41,112 bases of DNA, from positions 1 through 41,112 of the forward strand of contig NW_024705480.1 of NCBI RefSeq assembly GCF_018977255.1. Direction: 5' to 3'. The DNA comes from Callorhinchus milii. Taxonomy: Eukaryota. Shown here in pieces: positions 33,520 through 41,112 of this stretch (within the stretch, counting starts at the first letter, position 1; every line of letters begins with the position of its first letter). Below the pieces are notes generated by a model that saw only the letters and a list, made by a program, of their open reading frames with translations, was not told the origin of the DNA and did no database searches. The position numbers and the translations under genes were made by a program.

Positions 33520-33760
33520 TCCACAGTCTCTGAGCTCCAATGTGTGTGCCCTGCCCTGGGAACCCGTGTCCTCCTGGGGCTCTGAGCTCCAATGTGTGTG
33601 CCCTGCCCTGGGTACCCGTGTCCTCCTGGGGCTCTGAGCTCCAATATCTGTGCCCTGCCCTGGGTACCCGTGTCCTCCTGAGGCTCTGAGCTCCAATGTG
33701 TGTGCCCTGCCCTGGGTACCCGTGTCCTCCTGAGGTTCTGAGTTCAATGTCTGTGCTGCT
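33520..33760 (-). repeat. 52-bp minisatellite, inverted paralogue of 7135-7670, about 4-5 copies
   Basis: tgagctccaatgtgtgtgccctgccctgggtacccgtgtcctcctg units are the reverse complement of the left-arm unit. Confidence 0.95.
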
Positions 33761-35856
33761 GTGCGATTGTCTGGTTCAGTGTGAATAGAGTTTAAGGTTT
33801 TAAATATTATTTCATTTACCCCTCTCTGAAATCAACTCCCTTGATTCTTGCCTCTCCTTTGTGAAACAGAACTAAATACCAGTGGTACAGGGAAAGGCCG
33901 TTGAATTAGTCTAAGCACGTTTTACTTCCAAAGACTCGTCCAACAAATTTCTTTCTTCTGTGCTATAATTTCTAAGACACTGTGATACATCTTTGAGGAC
34001 TAAAGATTTACATTTGCAACCGATGCCCGATGACATCTGAGCAACCGGTATTTTTCCTTCATTAAATCCACTGTGCTTGAATATGTGTATGTGTGTATGG
34101 GTGTGTGTGAGAGAGAGAGAGAGATGGGTGGTATGGGGGGTGTTGTGTGGGTGAAAGGCGGTAGGTTGATGTTGACGAGGAGGACTGGTTGGGGAATCTG
34201 CAGAGGCCGATCACACAGAGAGATAAAAATTATTTTAGTCGACACGAGCTGCACCACAGACTTCCTGGTGCTTTGCAGCGCGACCTGGATGTGAAGTCGA
34301 AGTAAATAACGGCCAATTTAACACATTAGATCAAGTTGTGTAATTCTACTATTATTCATACTAGAATTGTGAACAATGACGACAGTAAACTACATACAAA
34401 TAGTAAACTATGTGACACCAAACAGATGATTCCTGAGCGTTTTCGTGCTGTAATTACAGGTCTCTCAAACGCTGTCGGAACAATTCACTGTGGGATTCAA
34501 TCCTCAAAGGCCAACGTGCTGACATCTGAGTTGTGCTCATACCCGAGATGTCTGCCCACCAGAACTACCTCATGTCAACAAGTGTAATATCATTTGGTCA
34601 CACACATTATGAATGACTTTCTACTGAGCTCTACATTGCTAAGGCTCTGTGATGCCACTTTGGGTTGTAAAGATTTAGATTTGAAACTGCTCTCAGATAA
34701 CATCTGAGCTTCTGCTTCTTTCCTGCCATAACACGTGTGTGTTTATGTGTGTGTGTGTTTACAGCGAAAGCAAAGCCAATATTATATTAACATTAGCATG
34801 GAGTTTCTGGTGCTTTGCTGACGGATGTGGATGTGGAAGTTGAAGCAATTCCCGGCCTAATTAATTCATTTGCAACTGGTAGCCGATAACATTGTTTCCT
34901 GCTTGAAGTCAGCTGTGTTTTTGTGCATGAAAGATAGAGAAAAAGAGACGGAAAATGGCGAGTTGGAGCAGTGGGGGTTGGAGGGTAGGTTGCGGGACGA
35001 AGACTGCTGGCAGCGGAAGCTGCTGAGGCAGATCGTACAGAGAGATAAAGAATATTTTAGTCGACACGGACTACACCACAGACTGTCAGGTGCTTTGCAG
35101 CAGGACATGGTTGTGCATTTGAAGTAAGTAACGGCCAAATAACACATTAGGTCGACTTATCTAAACCCACTATTATTGCAGTTAGAATTATGTCACATGA
35201 TGCCCAAAATGTAACAGCAAAGAACAAATATGTAACAGCAAACAGTATATACACGAGCATTTCTATGCTATAATTACAGGCCTCTCAAACACTGTGGATC
35301 AAAGCTCTGTGGGATTTAAACCTCAGAAGCCAATGTGCTCACGTGTGTGTCGGGTTTACACCCCACATGTCTCCACACCAGAGCTAACTCATCTGAATAA
35401 GTGCAACAAATACTTGATCACACATATTAGGCCTCTTCTGCCGATCAGAGGCGCATTAACACATTAGTACGAATGGTTATAATATTTACACAAATTAGTT
35501 TAACATTGCTCTCACATGGCCCTCGATACTTGTTACAAGTAAACATGACTTATTTTGTAACATTCACTCATTAGCCTGGGATGTATTAACATTTTCCACG
35601 ACCTACACGAACAATAATAACGAAGCAGTGATGCTGATTAAGATACCATTCTATACGTTAACCTGAGCATTGCAAATGGATTGATAATATTTGCCAAAAC
35701 ACCTTTCGCCTTCATTTGTCAGTGTGGGCAATAAGTTGAATTCATTACTCAAGTGAAGGTCAATGGTTTCTGAATATCAAGCATGGTCTATGTATAACAG
35801 GCCTGGTCCAGCTGTAATAATAATATTGCTTAGATTTGATATAGTGCATTGTCACA

Positions 35857-36171
35857 GAGTACTGTAGCTCAGTGGTTACAGCACTCGATTTGCAAGCGAG
35901 AGATCTGAGTTCAACTCCAGACAGCGCGAAATCTTGTGCAAGTCTCCTTACTCCACACAGAGCCTAATAATAATCCCTCCAAAACCACAACAATAATAAA
36001 TTGGTCATTTTCAATCTACGACTGTTTGTGGGACATTGCTGTGCGCAATTGGCTGCCGCGTTCGCCCACAAATATATAGTCAATTCAATTTACAGTGTGT
36101 TCCGTGAAGCGCTTTGGAACGTCCTCCCGACGTGAAAAGCGCTGTATCAAATGCAAGGATTATTACTATTA
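35857..36171 (+). mobile_element. Full-length tRNA-derived SINE flanked by a 42-bp direct repeat
   Basis: Head gagtactgtagctcagtggtt; tail (tta)n; flanking repeats 35815-35856 and 36172-36213. Confidence 0.93.
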
Positions 36172-39100
36172 TAATAATAATATTGCTTGGATTTCATATA
36201 GTGCATTATCACATCTTCGGGACATCACAAGTTGCTCCACAGAATATACTTTACAAACAGTAGAATATACTGTAACTATTTGGATAATTTCACATAAAGC
36301 AACATGTTTGTACTTTTGGCTTTACCTATCTAGAACTTTGTTTTGTTTTGAGTAATATACGGTTAAATCGACAGTTCAGAGCCCTGCTGTCTTGTCAGCT
36401 TTTGAGAACATTACAATCAGATAAGGAAGCCAGTCTGCAGCCTGCAATACCTCGGTTGATCACAGGGGAAGCAGATCTTTCTGTATTTGAAGAAGAAAGA
36501 TCAACTTTTAATCTGCAAGGGAGGAAACTTTCACATACTATTTCAAGCCAATTAATTTAACTAAGGCGATATCTGAAATAATTTTCATTTCGTCCAGATA
36601 AATTGATACAGGTTATTAAATTAGAAACTTTGAGGAACGCCGCTGAGGTTGTTGATGTAAGAGCAAATTAAGAAAACCAAATAGTTTTACTTTTGTCACA
36701 AAGGTGTAGGAATGTTGTGTTAAGCAATCTACTAACTTCAAACAATTCACGCCAAATACTGTTTTCTTCAACAAATAGAGATTATCGTAGATATTACCCA
36801 GACAGGATTTATGACGTTGCATCCCCAACATGAAAACATGGCTGAGACTAATTCACATTTCCTGATCAGAGACCAGTTCTTCAATATCTGGAACTGAATT
36901 ATAAAAGGTTGTGGGGGAAACGGCTGCAGAATGGGATGAAACCGATTGCAACCATTATTGAAGAAATCCTTTTATACAAGCACGATTGTCCATGTTTTAA
37001 GTGGGCTGATCATAGCCACCGGGTGATCAAAGCCACCATCACATCCCCTGATGATCAGAGTCACCAGGTACCGGCTGATCAAAGCCTGGTCCTTAACTTC
37101 AACGCCCTCTGAGCTTTTTGCCCCAACCGACCGGTGCAAACTCCTTACAGCCTACGAAATGATATGATTTGCCTTTGTCTCCTGCCCTGCCCATCTCGCC
37201 ATTGGGCTTTCAGGCTATCTGCCCCCATTCTCTGCTATCACATTCTGGAGACCATTTGCCTCTCCACTCCGCAAGTGATCTTTATAACATGATTTACACT
37301 TAGCGACAAATATAGTTTGCCTTCTTTGTCCATAATGGCAATAGATTCCAGTCATACTTCAAGGAAAGATCATTATATGTTGACATTTTTATCCCGGTTG
37401 AGTTTGTAGCTCTCTCTCTCGCCTCTGATTCCAAATACTGTGGGTTGAAGCCCAAACACAATGTGGAACTGGATTTTTGCCAGAATGTTTGAATGGCATA
37501 TAATGGTGTATATATCGGACTGCAAACTGATATTGCCTCTACTGACACCCAGCTGGAGTGGTGAGGAAGTGCTGCCTTGTTAGCAGTTCTGAGTTCTGAA
37601 CATACGTTTAGCATATGTTAAACTCTGTGCCTCTGCTGCTGGATAACAATAATATGTTAATAATCCTTGCATTTGACATAGCGCTTTTCACGCCTTCTTG
37701 TCGTCTCAAAGCGCTTCACAGATTATACTGCAAAGTGAATTGACTTGATGTCTGTGGGGAAACGTGCATCAGTATACCGTGATACGAAACCAAAGTTAAG
37801 CGAGTTTACACTTCGAGTTTCCCTTCACTCACCGAATTCGTCATTCCCTCTCCTGCTGTGTGGCGGATATTGCTGCACAAACTATGTGCCACGGTGGGTC
37901 ACAAAACGCAAACTTTTGAGCTTATCCTGTGCAGCCCTCTGAGAAACGGCTATGTGCTGATATTGTGACCATCTTAAGTCATGAAAAAAGTCTATTCATT
38001 TCGGAAAACTACAAACAACATGAAACCATTTGCATATCAGAGGATTTCTGTAAATGGACAGAATGTGGTCGATTCTTTTCAACCACATTTTGGTGAGCAC
38101 CTGGCCTGTCATCTCATTTTTCGATCATATGAACAGATTTATGTGTTTTCTTATAAATTATGCGAGAGTCATACTAATTTGGTGAAAGTTGGCTCCAGGC
38201 CGAATCTAAGCAGAAGTTCCCACTCTAAGTATTCCCTTTTTTATTATGTTTACCTCACAAAATATTCCAAACCACAACTGTAGAAAATGCAGATGCAAAT
38301 ACAAATGTGAAAATGCATTTCAGGAGAAAATATTTACAATATGATATGGATTGCGTCATCTATATGTAGAGCGTATGCATTAAATAGGGCCTATACTCTG
38401 CTGAGAAATATTGACCACCTTGTTGGATTACATTGATGAAATGAACAAAATAATTTATAAACAATAGTTGGGAGCGTGGGACATATAGACTGTTATTAAC
38501 TATGTTGTGGTGCAAATAATACAGAGAGGTGTGGCAAGGATTGTGGCTCACAGTGTTGACCTTCACACTGTGTCACAATATTGAAATATAATTGGCCGGT
38601 GGAAAGAAGAGAAACGTTTGGGAATTGACTCTTTACTCCGCAAAATGACACCATAGGGCCTTAGAAGTTCATAGTACAGAAGAAAGGCATTCATTCGCCG
38701 TGTACCTGAAAGCATAACCGATTTTGTCTAATTTGCACTGTGAGCAATGTGGAGGGATATGGACAGGGAGAGAGTTTCAGAGGTCAGGTGGAGAAGGTGA
38801 TGGAGAAGATGATGGATTAAATTTCAAATGGTGGGGATCAAGGATTGTTTGTGATGTTTAATCCAGGCCCGTTTGTCTGTTCAAGTGAAGTTTGGAGATT
38901 CCAGGGCGATATTGGAAATCAGCACTGAGGTACTCCCGGTGTTCGGGCCAACAATCCTTCTGATTATATGCACGATTTGTTTTGGATCATTGCTGGAACA
39001 AAACCGACTTCCGTGTGCGTGACAGCATGAGCTGAGTTGGGGAATCCTTGTTCCCAGTGACAGGTGTTGCCCTCCAATGCTGCTGTCAGGCTATGTTGAC

Positions 39101-39679
39101 TGGTCTGACATTCCTTATCCTCTCAGGAAGGCAAGCAGGACATCACTCAAGTGAGTGCACCTAAAAAGACAACAAGGTGTTCAATATTTCCCCATTCATA
39201 TCTCAAAGTCTTCACAAGCCGATGCATAATATTCGCTGTAAACTGTGGTGTCTCATTCTCTTGAAGACAAAATGAAATTCGATGGCAGGCAGAAGTATAT
39301 TTCAGTACTGTTGTTGTCCGTCGAAGTCTCATAATGATGGGCTTCTGGTAGCGATGAGTGAAATTATATTTGGTATGAAGTTTGTTGAACATAATTTTAC
39401 TTTTGATATAAGAACTACCTGTGCAGTGTGTCTGTATAAAAGTCTGTCACTGAATATTAAGAGTAGGGGCAGCTTGTGAATATGGTTTGAATGTATCCTT
39501 TATTAACTACATGCATTTATAAAGCTTCTTTCCCTGCATGAGCCCCTCCAATCAAACTTTTACTCAATGCACAGTATCGACTGCCCTGGTCCAAGTTACT
39601 GGTGACATTTGTCTGAGACGAGGACTCTTCTACCTCCACTCAAAATGGCTTTGCTGTTTTCCACACCTATACACACCAT

Positions 39680-40060
39680 CTTCCTCTAATCTCTCATCTC
39701 CACCTTCATAATTCGGAACCATCCTATAACTATAACGAGAAACTTCACGCTTACCTATTCTAGCGTTACCTTTCGGTCGTTTCAAATTGCTCCTTCTACT
39801 GTCCACAAACATACACAAGCGGTGCTGATCAGAAATTCATCCTGGGGCCTATCCTTTCCACTATCGAAAAATTCCCACTGAGCAACATAAATCATAATCA
39901 CAGGTTCATCTCCACAAGTTCATGACACACAACTGCCTTTGTCAACTCCAAATTTGAACGCATCTCCTGCTGTTATGACCGATAGATTGTCAGCCATAAA
40001 GTGGTGCAAGATCTGGCAGTTTCTTCACATCAATGTTCATCATACAGTTAATTCTATTGT
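39680..40060 (+). mobile_element. Decayed L2/CR1-type RT fragment
   Basis: agcggtgctgatcagaaattcatcctggggcctatcctt reads SGADQKFILGPIL (compare GVPQGSILGPLLF), followed by a DTQL-like motif. Confidence 0.55.
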
Positions 40061-40077
40061 ACAGATGGTTTTACTTG

Positions 40078-40540
40078 TGGCTATAACAGGCCTGGACTCT
40101 GTATAACAGGAATGGTTTCTGGACAACAGGCCTGTTTTCTGCATAATAGACCTGGTTTCTGCATAACAGACTGGTATCTGTATAACTGTTCTGGTCTCTG
40201 CATGATAGTCCTATTTTCTGTATAACAGGTCTCATTTCTGTATGACAGATCTGATCTTTTCATTATAGGCCCGTTCTCTGTATAACAGGCCAGAGCTATG
40301 TATAAAAAGCCTTGGCTCTCTAACAGGAGCCTGTTTTTTTACAGCAGGCACCGTTACTCTATTGGGTTCCACGTCCCTCTATAATAGGCATGGTTTATAT
40401 ATGACAGGTTTGTTCTCTGTATGACATATCTGGTCTCTGTGAAATAAACCTGTTGTCCATACAGTGAGCCTAGTCTCTGGATGGCAGTCCTGGTCTCTGA
40501 ATAACAAGCATGGTCTATGTGTAACAGGCTTGTTCAAGCT
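40078..40540 (-). repeat. Degenerate 20-bp minisatellite, inverted paralogue of 1140-2110
   Basis: ataacaggcctggtctctgt-type units. Confidence 0.9.
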
Positions 40541-41025
40541 CTAATAATAATATTATTTGCATTTGATATAGTACAGTGCATTATCAGGCCTTGGAGGCAT
40601 CACCAAGTGCGTCACAAAATATATTGTAAATTTGTGTAAGAATATACCGTAGCTATTTGGAAAATTGTCGTAAATGCAACCATAACAATCAAAAAAAANC
40701 ATTTATCGAACCCCTTTCCGTCGGGAAGACGTCGAATAACGCTGCACCGTCAGGTCGCGTCATAACATAACACAATACAAGTATCTGAGTGACTGGTTTG
40801 TAAATGCATTTTCTGTTGTTGTTTTTTCCGTGTTAGAGACATTATCAGAATGACTAACATGTTTGTTCAGTGATGCTGAATAAAACCACTGGGGATAAGA
40901 GTCAAATCTTCCCTGGAGATTTGTCACTGTTCCCATAAAGAGTTTCCAGAAAGCTGTCGTCTCAATCTGCTGCTTGAATCCAGTGCCTGACGAGGTGACC
41001 CACAACAGTGTGTCAAAAATAAAGT

Positions 41026-41095
41026 ATGGAATATTTAACCATTGATGAGCTGGAAGCAATTTACTATCCCATTCTTGCGGTGGTCGGCGTTCCTG
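41026..41095 (+). CDS. First coding exon of a GPR139/GPR142-like rhodopsin-family GPCR (MEYLTIDELEAIYYPILAVVGVP), rest of gene beyond the window
   Basis: ATG at 41026. The IYYPILAxxGVP TM1-start motif followed by a phase-1 donor CCTG|gtagga matches the exon 1 pattern I recall for GPR139-like genes. Not in the ORF track. Confidence 0.8.
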
Positions 41096-41112
41096 GTAGG
41101 ATAATATCAATC

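Larger units (their letters stand above)
33500..40650. repeat. Right arm of the inverted segmental duplication
   Basis: See left arm. Example: 36930-36960 'atgggatgaaaccgattgcaaccattattg' is the reverse complement of 4174-4203. About 38005-39680 has no counterpart in the left arm. Confidence 0.9.

Noticed and set aside
40760..41110. 116-aa minus-strand ORF
   Set aside because: No recognisable motif; antisense to the better supported GPCR exon on the + strand.

Overview
Eukaryotic (vertebrate) genomic DNA, most likely a cartilaginous fish. This is inferred from the tRNA-Ala-headed, Deu-like SINEs, the L2/CR1 debris and a GPR139-like first exon of the type expanded in chondrichthyans. The centre of the window holds a multi-exon minus-strand gene. 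I reconstructed 15 exons, all joined in phase 1 with GT-AG boundaries, from 23533 to 10745 (about 1,025 codons, excluding an unresolved signal-peptide exon near 27.9 kb). They encode eight group-B SRCR domains, a Pro-rich stalk, one TM helix and a four-exon cytoplasmic tail with YEEI and YDDA tyrosine motifs. This is the architecture of the CD163/SCART/WC1 family, including the gamma-delta T-cell co-receptors. Several domains show paired cysteine loss, one has an internal deletion and two have an extra cysteine. The gene sits in a spacer of about 26 kb between two diverged inverted duplicate arms of about 7 kb (about 1.0-7.7 kb and 33.5-40.65 kb), which differ by arm-specific SINE insertions and by satellite copy number. 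The first coding exon of a GPR139/142-like GPCR starts at the far right end on the + strand. Several minisatellites are present, one with a 220-bp higher-order structure. All family assignments come from motif recognition, not database searches.
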